Of a stretch of 64,000 nucleotides of DNA, positions 36,253-46,988 are shown piece after piece; the stretch's first letter is position 1, and each line of letters begins with the position of its first letter. Source of the stretch: an uncultured bacterium (GTDB taxonomy: Bacteria > Muiribacteriota > Ozemobacteria > Ozemobacterales > Ozemobacteraceae); NCBI GenBank assembly GCA_964474705.1, contig CAYYUI010000005.1:41965-105964 (forward strand), read 5' to 3'. Position numbers and translations under genes: made by a program. The notes under the pieces are model-generated. The model worked only from the letters and a program-made list of their open reading frames with translations, had not been told where the DNA came from and searched no databases.

Positions 36253-39200
36253 ATGGAAATGACTGAACGTTTGAGAAGTCTGGCGTTCGAGAGTTATCCG
36301 ATACCTGTTCTGATCATTGATCCCGAAACATTGAGAAATATTGATTTTAATCAGGCAGCGACGAAGGCTTTCGGCCTGGATTCAAGAGAAGCAACCCTGC
36401 AAACGACTCTGCTGGATATTTCGGCACCCGGTCAATATGATGGCTCTTCATCCCGTGAAAAGATACATGATTACATTCGGGAAGCTATCCAGAACGGGCA
36501 CGTGAATTTTGACTGGAAGCATCAGAATCCGGATGGAAAGATATGGGATGCTGAAGTGTGTGTACATACTTTTCTGCTTGATAACCGCCAGTTGCTTCAA
36601 TGCACTTTTCTCGATGTAACTGCCAGAAAGCACAAAGAGCAGGAGTTGCACCTGAACGAAAGCAAATTCAGGAAATTTTTTGAGCTGCCACTGATCGGAT
36701 TTGTGGTCGCCACCCTGGAAAAATCCTTTGTTGAAGTTAATGACCGGTTCTGTGAGTTGCTTGGCTATGATCGTCAGGAACTTTCAGCAATGACCTGGGC
36801 GGACTTAACCTATTTCGAGGATCGGGCAGAAGAAGAATTAAGGTATAAAAAATTTCTCGCCCGGGAAATCGATTCATATACCATGGTTAAAAGATTCGTC
36901 AGAAAAGACGGCACTCTGGTTCATGTAGTTCTCTCTGGTACATGTCTCAGAAACCCGGATCATTCAATATCCTTTCTGGTGGCTGCTGTTCAAGATATCA
37001 GCGAAATCAAGCGCATGGAAAGCCTGATGTCTGAGAACAGCGAAATTTTCTCTCTGTTCATGCAGCATTCTCCAATTATGGCGTATGTCAAGGAAATTAC
37101 AGCCGACGAATGTGTTGTTCTGCAGGCCAGCGATAGCTTTGTCAGCCTGATAGGTCGTGGTGGCCAGGATATTGTCGGCAAAAATATGCATGAATTGTTT
37201 CCTGCTGATTTTGCGGCTAAAATTATAGCTGATGATCATGCTGTGGTCGCTGCCAAAAAGATTCTGCGCATTGAAGAAACTTTTGATAACCGGTTTTTCA
37301 CCACCATAAAGTTTCCCATTGCTATCGGCAAACGAATTCTTCTTGCAGGGTATACCATTGAAATTACCGACCGGGTAATGATGGAAAAAGCGTTGCGTGA
37401 GAACGAAGAGAAAAAAATCGAACAGGAGCAAATCAAGGAAGCTTATAACCGTTTGTCCACGGTTATGGACAGCATGGATTCTCTTGTTTATATCGCTGAT
37501 ATGCAGACTTATGAGCTGCTGTTCGTTAATTCCCTCGGCATTAAAATCTTTGGAAACATTATCGGGCAGGCATGCTGGAAAACCATACAGAAGGGCCAGA
37601 CAGGGCCTTGCCCTTTCTGCCCGAATTCCAGGCTTATTGACAAAGACGGCAATCCCACCGGAGTTTATCAGTATGAATTCCTGAATACAATCAACAACAG
37701 ATGGTATGATTGTCGTGATATGGCTATCAAGTGGATCGATGGCCGCATTGTCCGAATGGAAGTCGCTACCGACATCACTGCCAACAAGCAGGCTGAGGCA
37801 GCGCTCCGTGAAATCGAGGTTCTGAGAGAGAGCGAGAAAAAGGTTCGCAAGGCTCTCGAGTTTCTTCCGGTTCCGATAGCGCTGGCAGATAAAACAGGCA
37901 GAATCACTTTCCATAACCGGCGGTTTGTTGAAACATATGGCTACACCGTCGAGGACATTGCCACCGTTGAAAAATGGATCGAATTGGCTTTTCCTGATGA
38001 AGAATACCGGCATCAGGTTGCCAGAGCACTGGGTAATGCAGTTGAATCAGCTTTGAACAACGACTCATTTATTCCGCCGATGGAATTCATGGTTACCTGC
38101 AAAAATGGTGATGTTAAGACCGTTGAAATTTCTGCGTATTATGAGAAAGACATTTCCATTGGCCTTTTCATTGACACCTCGGAACGAAAACGTTTGGAAG
38201 CGGCGCTGCGCAATGTTCAGAAACTCGAATCGCTGGGTATTCTGGCGGGTGGTATCGCTCACGACTTCAATAATCTGCTTGGCGGCATTTTCGGGTTCAT
38301 CGACCTTGCGAGAATTTATTCCAGGGATGACCAGGTAACTTCCTGCCTTGACAAGGCAATCGGCACTATGGAGCGGGCTCGCAGTCTCACTCAGCAGCTA
38401 TTAACCTTTGCCAAAGGCGGCGTTCCGGTTCAGAAAGTGGCCGGCCTGTTTCCGTTCATTCAGGAAACTGTGCAGTTTGCCCTCAGCGGTTCCAATGTTT
38501 CTGCCGGTTTCGATATTGAAGAAGGACTCTGGTTGTGCAATTATGACCGGAACCAGATCGGCCAGGTTTTTGATAATCTCGTAATCAACGCTCAGCAGGC
38601 GATGCCGCTCGGAGGAGCGATCGAGCTTACTGCACGAAATACCAGCCTCCCTGAAGGAAAGCATCCGCTTCTTGCAAATGGCGATTACATCAGGATTTCG
38701 GTGAAAGACTCCGGAGCAGGAATTCCCAGGGAGATGATTTCGAAAGTTTTCGACCCATTTTTCACCACAAAATCTAAAGGCCACGGGCTGGGTTTGACTA
38801 CCTGCTATTCTATCATCAGCCGTCATGGCGGTTGTATCGAAGTTGAATCTGAGCCAGGCCATGGCAGTGTTTTTCATGTTTATCTTCCGGCTTCGCACGA
38901 AGCGGCTGCTGACGAGCCTCAGCTTTCCGCAAAGAGTCATCATGGTGCCGGCCGTATTTTGCTTATGGATGACGAAGAGACAATTCGGGAAACAGTTGGT
39001 GGAATGCTCGAACATCTTGGATATTTCGTCGTTTCGAAAGACAACGGATGCGACGCCGTGGAATTTTTTCAGGCCGAAAAGCAGGCCGGCGAAAAATTTG
39101 CCGGGTTGATTTTTGACCTCACGATTCCGGGCAGCATGGGCGGAATTGAAGCAGTTGCCGCAATAAGACAGCTGGATCCTGATGTTCCGGTCTTTGTCTC

Positions 39201-39330
39201 GAGCGGTTATGCAAATGATCCGGTAATGAAAAATCCCGTTGCATACGGGTTTACAGCGAGTATCTGCAAGCCTTTCCGGCTGAAGGATCTTTCGGAATTG
39301 CTCGAAAGGCATGTGAAAACCAGGAAATAG
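36253..39330 (+). CDS. hybrid sensor histidine kinase / response regulator with multiple PAS domains
   Basis: Several PAS-like modules, HisKA H-box (IAHDFNNLLGGIFG), HATPase_c (GLGLTTCYSIISRHGG), C-terminal receiver (ILLMDDEE...D). AAGGAG RBS before ATG at 36253. Confidence 0.85.
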   Translation: MEMTERLRSLAFESYPIPVLIIDPETLRNIDFNQAATKAFGLDSREATLQTTLLDISAPGQYDGSSSREKIHDYIREAIQNGHVNFDWKHQNPDGKIWDAEVCVHTFLLDNRQLLQCTFLDVTARKHKEQELHLNESKFRKFFELPLIGFVVATLEKSFVEVNDRFCELLGYDRQELSAMTWADLTYFEDRAEEELRYKKFLAREIDSYTMVKRFVRKDGTLVHVVLSGTCLRNPDHSISFLVAAVQDISEIKRMESLMSENSEIFSLFMQHSPIMAYVKEITADECVVLQASDSFVSLIGRGGQDIVGKNMHELFPADFAAKIIADDHAVVAAKKILRIEETFDNRFFTTIKFPIAIGKRILLAGYTIEITDRVMMEKALRENEEKKIEQEQIKEAYNRLSTVMDSMDSLVYIADMQTYELLFVNSLGIKIFGNIIGQACWKTIQKGQTGPCPFCPNSRLIDKDGNPTGVYQYEFLNTINNRWYDCRDMAIKWIDGRIVRMEVATDITANKQAEAALREIEVLRESEKKVRKALEFLPVPIALADKTGRITFHNRRFVETYGYTVEDIATVEKWIELAFPDEEYRHQVARALGNAVESALNNDSFIPPMEFMVTCKNGDVKTVEISAYYEKDISIGLFIDTSERKRLEAALRNVQKLESLGILAGGIAHDFNNLLGGIFGFIDLARIYSRDDQVTSCLDKAIGTMERARSLTQQLLTFAKGGVPVQKVAGLFPFIQETVQFALSGSNVSAGFDIEEGLWLCNYDRNQIGQVFDNLVINAQQAMPLGGAIELTARNTSLPEGKHPLLANGDYIRISVKDSGAGIPREMISKVFDPFFTTKSKGHGLGLTTCYSIISRHGGCIEVESEPGHGSVFHVYLPASHEAAADEPQLSAKSHHGAGRILLMDDEETIRETVGGMLEHLGYFVVSKDNGCDAVEFFQAEKQAGEKFAGLIFDLTIPGSMGGIEAVAAIRQLDPDVPVFVSSGYANDPVMKNPVAYGFTASICKPFRLKDLSELLERHVKTRK

Positions 39331-39446
39331 AGGAAGATAAGCACTGCGATTATTTTAACCCATTCCGGAGCCATAATTTGCGACGCTGCGAAAATCTGTT
39401 GCCTGTCAGAAGAGTTTCTGATATCATCATGCCGTTGGCCCTTAGC

Positions 39447-39530
39447 GCGAGGGTGGCGAAACTGGCAGACGCGCCAGACTTAGGATCTGGTGGTTAACAC
39501 CGTGCGGGTTCAAGTCCCGCCCTTCGCACC
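39447..39530 (+). tRNA. tRNA-Leu (anticodon TAG)
   Basis: Cloverleaf with long variable arm, anticodon loop CTTAGGA, T-arm GGTTCAAGTCC, acceptor GCGAGGG/CCTTCGC. Confidence 0.8.
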
Positions 39531-39550
39531 CTTGAGGCTTTATAGAGCTT

Positions 39551-39624
39551 GCGGGAGTAACTCAATGGTAGAGTCCCTGCCTTCCAAGCAGGTGGTTGCG
39601 GGTTCGAGTCCCGTCTCCCGCTCC
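39551..39624 (+). tRNA. tRNA-Gly (anticodon TCC)
   Basis: GCGGGAGTAACTCAATGGTAGAG..., anticodon loop CTTCCAA, T-arm GGTTCGAGTCC, acceptor GCGGGAG/CTCCCGC. Confidence 0.8.
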
Positions 39625-39628
39625 GAAA

Positions 39629-39662
39629 TCAAAAGTCGTGCCTTTCCGGTACGACTTTTTTT
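39629..39662 (+). terminator. rho-independent terminator after tRNA-Gly
   Basis: AGTCGT...ACGACT hairpin followed by T8. Confidence 0.6.
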
Positions 39663-39931
39663 TACCCGACGAATAACTGTGGATTCGTTGTCGCAGGCTG
39701 ATGCCGCGCTGTTAAATCACCACCGGATTAACCGTATCGAGAAAGTTTGCGTTTGCCCCTTTTATTGAGGCAGCGCCGGTGTCTTTACTTTTCAGACAGA
39801 CTACCTTATAATAGAGAATCCATATCTGTCTCCTTCCCGGCTGGTGAAAGCTTTGTGTCCTGATCTGCCACGGGTGAAGGATTACAGTAGGTCTGGTACT
39901 TTGAAATTCTCTCCCCAAGGAGTTATCGCAC

Positions 39932-41266
39932 ATGTTAAAGACACAAGTTCAGGAACTGGAAGCCAACAAAGTTGCATTGACCGTCGAAGTCGAAAAGGAA
40001 AAAGTCAATGCTGCCTATGCAAGCTTTTATAACCGTGCCGCCCGGTCGGTGAAAATCCCCGGGTTTAGACAGGGCAAGGTTCCCAAAGCGGTTCTGGTTA
40101 AATTTATCGGCCCGGAAGCAGTTCGAGAACAGATCGAAGAAGAACTGGTCCAGGAAGTATATCCGCAGGCCATCCGGGAAACCAAACTGCACCCGGTCAG
40201 CCGCTTCGAACTTGAGGAATCGAACCTTCAGGAAGGCGCCCCATTTACTTTCAAGGCGGTTTTTGAAGTCAGACCGAAACTTGGCGACTTCAATTACAAG
40301 GGTTACACCGCTCAGGTTCAGCATGAAATCGTCGATGAAGAAAGCGTGCAGAAGGTTCTCAGTCAGGTTCGTGAACAGCAGAGCAAGACAGAAACCGTCG
40401 AAGATGGTGAACTGTGCGTCGGCGATTATTTTTCAGCCAACGTTCAGGTTGCTCATGAGGGCCAGATCGATGAAGAACTTTCCGATGAAAAAGCAGCCCA
40501 CAAGCTGATGGAAAATGACAAAATGTTCGCCGCATGCCTTGGTATGAAGGTTGGCGAAACCAGAACCTGGCAGCACAAGGTAGAAGGCGAAGCCGAAGCA
40601 AATTCCAAATATTTCGGCAAGACCCTCGATTATACCGTAACCCTCAATCGTATTTCCCGCCCGACTCTGCCCGAACTCAATGACGAATTTGCTAAAAAGG
40701 TCGGCGATTTCGAAAACCTGGCGGCTCTCGAAGCCAAGGTCAGGGAAGACCTGAGCGAACGCGCCAAATATGATGCCGAAGAACGGGCTTTCGATGAAAT
40801 TCTCAGCCAGATCATCGGCGACTATCAGTTCGATGTTCCTGAGTCAATGGTTCAGAGCACAATCGACTTCTTCATTCAGGGGCTCGATCGCCGCTGGCGC
40901 CAGTTTGGCACCACTATCCAGGACTACCTGCGCAATTCCGGCAAAGATGTCAACGAATTCCGGGAAACTTTCCGGGAAAGAGCCGTGCGTCAGACCAAAA
41001 CCATGCTGCTGATCGACTCGATCGGTAACAAGGAAAATATCGATGTCACCGACGCCGATTATCGTGAAGAAATCGAAAAGCGCGCCAAAGAATACAATAT
41101 GCCGGTTGAAAAGCTGCTGAGCACCCTCGCAGAAAATGATGGCGAAGAAAACGTAAGATTTTCGCTCAGAAGTCAAAAAATTCGTGACTTTATGCTAAAA
41201 AATAACCAGATTAATTACGATATGGTTAAAGAAGCCGATGATAACAAGGGGGAAGCTGAAGCGTGA
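39932..41266 (+). CDS. tig: trigger factor
   Basis: N-terminal ribosome-binding domain with GFRQGKVP motif; 444 aa; upstream of clpP-clpX. Confidence 0.9.
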   Translation: MLKTQVQELEANKVALTVEVEKEKVNAAYASFYNRAARSVKIPGFRQGKVPKAVLVKFIGPEAVREQIEEELVQEVYPQAIRETKLHPVSRFELEESNLQEGAPFTFKAVFEVRPKLGDFNYKGYTAQVQHEIVDEESVQKVLSQVREQQSKTETVEDGELCVGDYFSANVQVAHEGQIDEELSDEKAAHKLMENDKMFAACLGMKVGETRTWQHKVEGEAEANSKYFGKTLDYTVTLNRISRPTLPELNDEFAKKVGDFENLAALEAKVREDLSERAKYDAEERAFDEILSQIIGDYQFDVPESMVQSTIDFFIQGLDRRWRQFGTTIQDYLRNSGKDVNEFRETFRERAVRQTKTMLLIDSIGNKENIDVTDADYREEIEKRAKEYNMPVEKLLSTLAENDGEENVRFSLRSQKIRDFMLKNNQINYDMVKEADDNKGEAEA

Positions 41267-41871
41267 CTCTCGTTCCAATAGTAATTGAACAAAGCAGCCG
41301 TGGCGAACGGGCGTTCGACATCTATTCGCGTCTATTAAAAGACCGCATTATTTTTCTGGGCGGCGGAATCGATGACGGCATGGCAGATCTTGTCGTAGCT
41401 CAGCTCCTCTTCCTCGAATCTGAAGATCCTGAAAAGGATATTTCGATTTACATCAACAGCCCGGGTGGCGTGGTAACAGCCGGCATGGCGATTTATGATA
41501 CGATGCAGTACATCAAACCTGATGTCAGTACCATCTGCATCGGTCAGGCTGCCAGTATGGGTGCTCTGCTGCTTGCGGCAGGCGCACATGGCAAGCGCTA
41601 CGCCCTTCCCAATTCACGCATCATGATTCATCAGCCTCTGGGCGGGGCACAGGGTCAGGCCAGCGATATCGAAATTCAGGCTCAGGAAATCCTGAGAATG
41701 AAGGATATGCTGAACGACATTCTGGCGAATCACACGGGTCAGCCTCTCAAGCGCATCAAGAGAGATACTGATCGCGATTTCTTCATGTCTTCGAAAGAAG
41801 CCAAGGAATATGGTCTTATCGACGAAGTAGTTCAGCGAAAAGTAGTTGCAGCAAAACCCAACGAGGAGTAA
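41263..41871 (+). CDS. clpP: ATP-dependent Clp protease proteolytic subunit ClpP
   Basis: Ser-His-Asp catalytic context ([19 protein letters not shown]), 202 aa. Confidence 0.95.
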   Translation: MTLVPIVIEQSSRGERAFDIYSRLLKDRIIFLGGGIDDGMADLVVAQLLFLESEDPEKDISIYINSPGGVVTAGMAIYDTMQYIKPDVSTICIGQAASMGALLLAAGAHGKRYALPNSRIMIHQPLGGAQGQASDIEIQAQEILRMKDMLNDILANHTGQPLKRIKRDTDRDFFMSSKEAKEYGLIDEVVQRKVVAAKPNEE

Positions 41872-41873
41872 GC

Positions 41874-43115
41874 ATGCTTTCTAAGACCCCTCAGTTCCGT
41901 TGTTCTTTCTGCGGAAAGAGTCAGGATCAGGTTCGCAAGTTAATTGCCGGGCCCGAGGTCTACATTTGCGACGAGTGCATTGGCCTTTGTAACGAGATTA
42001 TTCTCGAAGAACTCGATGACGACGGCCCTCTGGTAATGCAGAATGCGCTCAAGCCCAAGGAAATCGCCAAGATTCTCGACCAGTATGTGGTTGGCCAGGA
42101 TCAGGCGAAAAAGATTCTCTCGGTGGCTGTTTACAACCACTACAAGAGAATCACCCTCGAGGAATCACGTCGCGATGATGTTGAAGTACAGAAGTCAAAT
42201 GTGCTTCTCATCGGGCCTACCGGTTCGGGCAAAACCCATATTGCCCAGACGCTCGCCAAGCTGTTGAATGTTCCGTTCTGTATCGCCGACGCCACCACGC
42301 TCACTGAAGCCGGTTATGTCGGTGAAGACGTCGAGAGCATCCTGCTCAATCTGCTGCGGGCCGCTGATTATGACGTGCAGAAAGCTGAACGCGGAATTGT
42401 CTACATCGATGAAATCGACAAAATCGCCCGCAAGAGCGAAAACGTTTCGATTACCAGAGATGTATCGGGTGAAGGCGTGCAGCAGGCTCTTCTCAAACTG
42501 CTCGAAGGCAAGGTTGCTCATGTGCCGCCGCAGGGTGGCCGCAAGCATCCGCATCAGGAATACATACAGCTCAACACCAAGAATATCCTTTTCCTGCTCG
42601 GCGGGGCATTTGAAGGGGTTGAAAAGCTTATCGAAGCCAGATCGTCGACCAAAACCATGGGGTTCGGTTCGACTCCGGTTCTAAAAAGCGAACGCCGCGT
42701 CGGCGATCTTCTCAGAGATATCATGCCCGAAGACCTGTTGCGTTTTGGCATGATCCCTGAATTTATCGGTCGTGTGCCGGTAATCGCCACTTTCAACAAT
42801 CTGGCCGTTGAAGATCTGGTCAAGATTCTCACTGAACCCAAAGATGCACTGATCAAGCAATACGCCCGCCTGCTGCGCATGGAAGGCGTCGAACTCGAAG
42901 TGACTCCCAAGGCTCTGCAGGCGATTGCCCGCAATGCCATTCAGCAGAACACCGGTGCCCGCGGCCTGCGCCGTATCATCGAAGATCTGATGCTCGACCT
43001 GATGTATGATATCCCATCTGATAACAATATCAGCAAGGTTATCATTCATGAGCGCTGCGTCGAGAAAAAGGAACCCTACCAGATCATTTTCAAGGTCGAA
43101 AGCCAGATCGCCTGA
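41874..43115 (+). CDS. clpX: ATP-dependent Clp protease ATP-binding subunit ClpX
   Basis: C4 zinc finger (CSFCGK...CDECI), Walker [12 protein letters not shown]-like loop, sensor motifs. Confidence 0.95.
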   Translation: MLSKTPQFRCSFCGKSQDQVRKLIAGPEVYICDECIGLCNEIILEELDDDGPLVMQNALKPKEIAKILDQYVVGQDQAKKILSVAVYNHYKRITLEESRRDDVEVQKSNVLLIGPTGSGKTHIAQTLAKLLNVPFCIADATTLTEAGYVGEDVESILLNLLRAADYDVQKAERGIVYIDEIDKIARKSENVSITRDVSGEGVQQALLKLLEGKVAHVPPQGGRKHPHQEYIQLNTKNILFLLGGAFEGVEKLIEARSSTKTMGFGSTPVLKSERRVGDLLRDIMPEDLLRFGMIPEFIGRVPVIATFNNLAVEDLVKILTEPKDALIKQYARLLRMEGVELEVTPKALQAIARNAIQQNTGARGLRRIIEDLMLDLMYDIPSDNNISKVIIHERCVEKKEPYQIIFKVESQIA

Positions 43116-43129
43116 AATTCCGTTAACGA

Positions 43130-43163
43130 AGCGGCCTCTCAATCCTTGAGAGGCCGCTTTTTT
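43130..43163 (+). terminator. rho-independent terminator after clpX
   Basis: AGCGGCCTCTC-loop-GAGAGGCCGCT followed by T6. Confidence 0.75.
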
Positions 43164-43236
43164 CATGGTCGATTTACCGTCGCTGATTTGTGTGCTAGCA
43201 TGAAGCAGCCTGAGTTCAAGAGAGGGAGACACCAGT

Positions 43237-44049
43237 ATGAAGAATGGCATCAAGGCTGATATAGGTATTTTCAGCGGCAGCGGCATGTATGAGCTGGCGG
43301 CTGACAAGATAGAAAAAGTCAAAATCAGTACGCCCTATGGCCCGCCCAGCGATCTGATCGATGTCTGCACCATCGGTGACAAAAAAGTGGCCTTTCTACC
43401 CCGCCATGGCCGTCAACATACGATTCCGCCGCACATGATCAATTACCGCGCCAATCTCTGGGCGATGAAGGAACTGGGTGTTTCGCGCATCATCTCGCCC
43501 TGCGCAGTCGGGTCGCTGCAGACGAACATCAAGCCCGGCGATTTTGTCGTCAGCGATCAGTTTGTTGACCGAACCAGCGGCCGTAAAGACACTTTTGCCG
43601 ATGGCCCTGATGTGATGCATATCTCTGCAGCCGAACCCTATTGCCCTGAATTGCGCGAACTGGCTATCGCCGCCCTGAGATCCGAAAATGCCACTGTACA
43701 TACCGAAGGAACCGTTGTCGTCATCAACGGGCCGCGCTTTTCAACGAAGGCCGAAAGCAGATGGTTCACGCATATGGGCTGGCATACCGTCAACATGACC
43801 CAGTATCCTGAAGTCGTGCTGGCTCAGGAACTGGGCATCTGTATCGTCAATGTCGCGATGATAACCGATTACGATGCCGGTCTGGTTGGTAACGTGCCCG
43901 AGGTGACCACCAAAGAGGTGGTGCGCATGTTTCAACAGAGCGTCGGGCAGCTGCATAACGTTCTGATCAGGCTGGTTAAGATGATCCCGGCCGAACGCGG
44001 CACAAAATGCCGTTGTGCAGCAAAACCCGAAGAAGGGTGTTTCTGTTAA
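43237..44049 (+). CDS. mtnP: S-methyl-5'-thioadenosine (purine nucleoside) phosphorylase
   Basis: IGIFSGSG, VAFLPRHGRQHTIPPHMINYRANLWAMKELGV and later PNP-family motifs. Confidence 0.8.
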   Translation: MKNGIKADIGIFSGSGMYELAADKIEKVKISTPYGPPSDLIDVCTIGDKKVAFLPRHGRQHTIPPHMINYRANLWAMKELGVSRIISPCAVGSLQTNIKPGDFVVSDQFVDRTSGRKDTFADGPDVMHISAAEPYCPELRELAIAALRSENATVHTEGTVVVINGPRFSTKAESRWFTHMGWHTVNMTQYPEVVLAQELGICIVNVAMITDYDAGLVGNVPEVTTKEVVRMFQQSVGQLHNVLIRLVKMIPAERGTKCRCAAKPEEGCFC

Positions 44050-44490
44050 AAGGCATTCTCCGTCTGAATGCATCTTTTGCAATTCCCCACCGGAATTATT
44101 GATAACTGCAGAATTTATACAGATTTTACTGACCCCTTCGAAGAATAATCCGGGAGGGCGGCAAGCGACGCCCTACTGATGGCCGCGCCGGCCTTTAAAA
44201 CCGACATTTGTTTTGCAGGACTCAATAAAATCCAAAATTTCCTGTCTTTATAAAATAATGCAGGGGTTCAGCATGCTGAACCCCTGCGGTCTGACAACGA
44301 TCGGGCCGACGGCGCGGTCACACGGCCTGTTCACAATTTCGACAACGGTCCGGCCACGTTTTTATTGCAATTCTGTCGTGTTTTCAGCAATAATTCTGCA
44401 GCAGTTTCACCAGATGGTTCTGGTGCCGCGAATTACAAAATCTGTATGACGAAAATCCGGAAATGAATTCTTCTCAGAACCCCGGGTCGA

Positions 44491-45402
44491 TCATTCAACC
44501 GTTACCATAGCCTTCAGGGCTTTATAACGTTCTTCGATCAGCTCGGGTTTTAGCTTGAGATAAGAATCGAGGCTGAAATTTTCGACGGTAATCGAGCCCA
44601 TGGCACTGCCGTAGAGCATGCTCTGTCTGAAACCATTTTCGGTGAAATTGCCGTGGCGAGCCAGACTGCCCATGAAGCCGCCGGCAAAAGAGTCGCCGGC
44701 TCCGGTCGGGTCGGTGATGTCGAGGCACGGGAATGCCGGCGTGAAAAAGCGGGTTTCTCTGGTAGCGGTCATCGCGCCGAGTTCGCCCAACTTGACGATG
44801 ACGCGTTTCGGCCCCATGGTCAGCAGTTTTGCGACGGCAGGTGCGAATTTCTTTTCGCCGGCCAGCATCAGGGCTTCCTGAAAATTGATGAACAGGATAT
44901 CGATCTTTTTGATTGCCTGTTTGAGGAGGTCGGGGGTGGTGTTGATCCAGAGGTTCATCGTGTCGAGGGCAATGATCTTTGGCTTGTTGACCTTTTCGAT
45001 TACCTTGATCTGCAGGGCCGGATGGATGTTTCCGAGAAACACGAGTTCGGCGTTGCGATAATTTTCGGGAAGCTGCGGGTCGAAACTTTCGAAAACGTTA
45101 AGGCGGGTGTCGTGGGTGGTTGCATCACCGAAGTCATCGCCGTAACTGCCGGCCCAGTGAAAGGTTTCGCCGTCTTTCTTCAGGTCGAAACCTGCAAGAT
45201 CGACACCGTGGTTTTTGAGAAAATCAATATGGGCCGGTTCGAAATCTTTGCCGGCGACGCCTACCAGGCCGACTTTGGTGAAGTAGCTGGCGACAGTGGA
45301 AAAGTAAACGGCTGAACCGCCGAGAGCTTTTTCTCTTTTGCCTTTGGGCGTCTGAAGAGAATCATAGGCTATTGAACCGACAACGATCATTTTAACGCTC
45401 AT
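44491..45402 (-). CDS. PfkB-family carbohydrate/nucleoside kinase
   Basis: C-terminal DPTGAGDSFAGGF motif, N-terminal GG motif region. Confidence 0.75.
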   Translation of the reverse strand: MSVKMIVVGSIAYDSLQTPKGKREKALGGSAVYFSTVASYFTKVGLVGVAGKDFEPAHIDFLKNHGVDLAGFDLKKDGETFHWAGSYGDDFGDATTHDTRLNVFESFDPQLPENYRNAELVFLGNIHPALQIKVIEKVNKPKIIALDTMNLWINTTPDLLKQAIKKIDILFINFQEALMLAGEKKFAPAVAKLLTMGPKRVIVKLGELGAMTATRETRFFTPAFPCLDITDPTGAGDSFAGGFMGSLARHGNFTENGFRQSMLYGSAMGSITVENFSLDSYLKLKPELIEERYKALKAMVTVE

Positions 45403-45423
45403 TTGTGCCTCCGGAAAATTTGA

Positions 45424-46935
45424 TCAGCCCGCTGACGTTTGCGGCATCAGCGAAGCGGAGCCCGTCTGCTGCAATCGTTGCGCATACAGACCTGCGGCCC
45501 TGAGTATAACATAAAATTGCAGCGCCATGACGCCGAGAATCGAATAATCGATCCAGAATCCGTAACCGAAAATTCCCAGCCCGGCATAGATGCCTGCAGA
45601 AGACAGGCCATCGCCGAATCTGAATATTACCGTGTCGATGAAGCTCTTGCCCTGGTATTTGGCTTCGCGGTCGAGCGGAATGTAGATCAGCTCACGCAAA
45701 ACCCGACCGGTTGAATAATTGAGGGCATAGCGGATGATTATGGTCATGGAAATAATGTTCAGAGAGGGTTTGATCAGCATCATGGCAGTGCCGGTGACCT
45801 GAATGAGGTTGAGCATCAGCAGGCCGTAGATCGGATTGGCGAAAATCATCATCAGCCGGGTTACCAGAAACTGGGTTACCAGTGAAACGATGTTGATGTA
45901 GCCATAAATGCCGGCCACGAAAGCGGTGCGCTCGTTGATATTGCCGAGTTCGCTTTCGACAAGATGGTTGAACTGCTGCGAAAAAAGAGTCGCAGAAAAG
46001 GTGTAAAAAAACATTTCCAGCGCCATAAGTATGAGAATCTGGTTGCGGCAGACTGAAAGAAAGCCGTCCCAGGGCCGGGGCGGGTGCGCGGGCACCACCG
46101 GTTTCTGGTCGATATCGGGAATGCCCTCTGGGCGGTAATGATTGCGGTGAATATACTGCATACACCAGATTGAAGGGTAGAGAAGCACCATTGCCAGAAT
46201 GAAAAGGTTCGGGGTGCCGGTGTGTCTGACGAGAGTCGAAGTCAGGGTGCTGCCGACCAGCCCACCGATCAGGCCCCCGTAGCCTATTATGGCGTAGAGC
46301 TTCTTGCTCTGGGCGACCGAAAACACATCGTTCATGAAAGACCAGAACATGCTTACGGCCATCAGCGAGAACATGTTGACCCAGATGTAATAGGTACCGA
46401 TGGCAAGGATCTTGAACAGGCCCGGAAACTCTCTTTTCTTTATAATGCCTTTATTTGCGCCTGTTTCTGTCATAAGACTCCGGGTCGCGATCGCGCCGCT
46501 TTCCGGAAGCTCGGCCGTCATGGTCGCTGCCGTTACGGTTTCTGCCTGCTGCTGTCTGCCGTTTGCCGTTTCACTGACAAATCTGCCTGGTTCTGAGCCT
46601 GGAATCGGCAGCATGAAAGAAAAAATGGCCCAGAACCCGAGAAGGCTCAGAGCAAAGAATCTGGTAATGAAAGGTATGAAAATGTCTCGTTTAAAATGCC
46701 CGACGATCAGACTGTAAATCGCGTTTATAACTACCAGGCTGGCCATCGAAAAAATATTCAGCAGCGGAATGTTCTCTGAGCCAAGTTCGAGTGCCAGGCT
46801 TTCGCGTACCGGTTTGATGACGTAATAAGAGCAGATGACGCAAAAAAAGTAGGCCAGCGAGACCAGTGTTATTTTCAATTCAGCCTTGTCATGGTGCTGA
46901 ATGCTGCTGGAATCACTTTGTGACTGAATGGCCAA
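45424..46935 (-). CDS. TLC-family nucleotide (ATP/ADP) translocase-like transporter
   Basis: 12-TM protein whose N-terminal block (AYFFCVICSYYVIKPVRESLAL) matches the NTT signature FxxFNYxILRxxKDxLVV; long hydrophilic insertion in the middle. Confidence 0.5.
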   Translation of the reverse strand: MAIQSQSDSSSIQHHDKAELKITLVSLAYFFCVICSYYVIKPVRESLALELGSENIPLLNIFSMASLVVINAIYSLIVGHFKRDIFIPFITRFFALSLLGFWAIFSFMLPIPGSEPGRFVSETANGRQQQAETVTAATMTAELPESGAIATRSLMTETGANKGIIKKREFPGLFKILAIGTYYIWVNMFSLMAVSMFWSFMNDVFSVAQSKKLYAIIGYGGLIGGLVGSTLTSTLVRHTGTPNLFILAMVLLYPSIWCMQYIHRNHYRPEGIPDIDQKPVVPAHPPRPWDGFLSVCRNQILILMALEMFFYTFSATLFSQQFNHLVESELGNINERTAFVAGIYGYINIVSLVTQFLVTRLMMIFANPIYGLLMLNLIQVTGTAMMLIKPSLNIISMTIIIRYALNYSTGRVLRELIYIPLDREAKYQGKSFIDTVIFRFGDGLSSAGIYAGLGIFGYGFWIDYSILGVMALQFYVILRAAGLYAQRLQQTGSASLMPQTSAG

Positions 46936-46988
46936 TATCCGGTTCCTGATTGTGTGGTGCGCCTATTATAAAGACCGGCAGCTAAAAG

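Noticed and set aside
36964-38013. 349 aa minus-strand ORF inside the hybrid histidine kinase gene
   Set aside because: Antisense to a CDS with unambiguous PAS/HisKA/HATPase/REC motifs.
39490-39768. 92 aa ORF on + strand
   Set aside because: Overlaps the two tRNA genes and the terminator; translation is an artefact.
42195-43322. Minus-strand ORFs (119, 128 and 213 aa) within clpX
   Set aside because: Antisense to a highly conserved gene.
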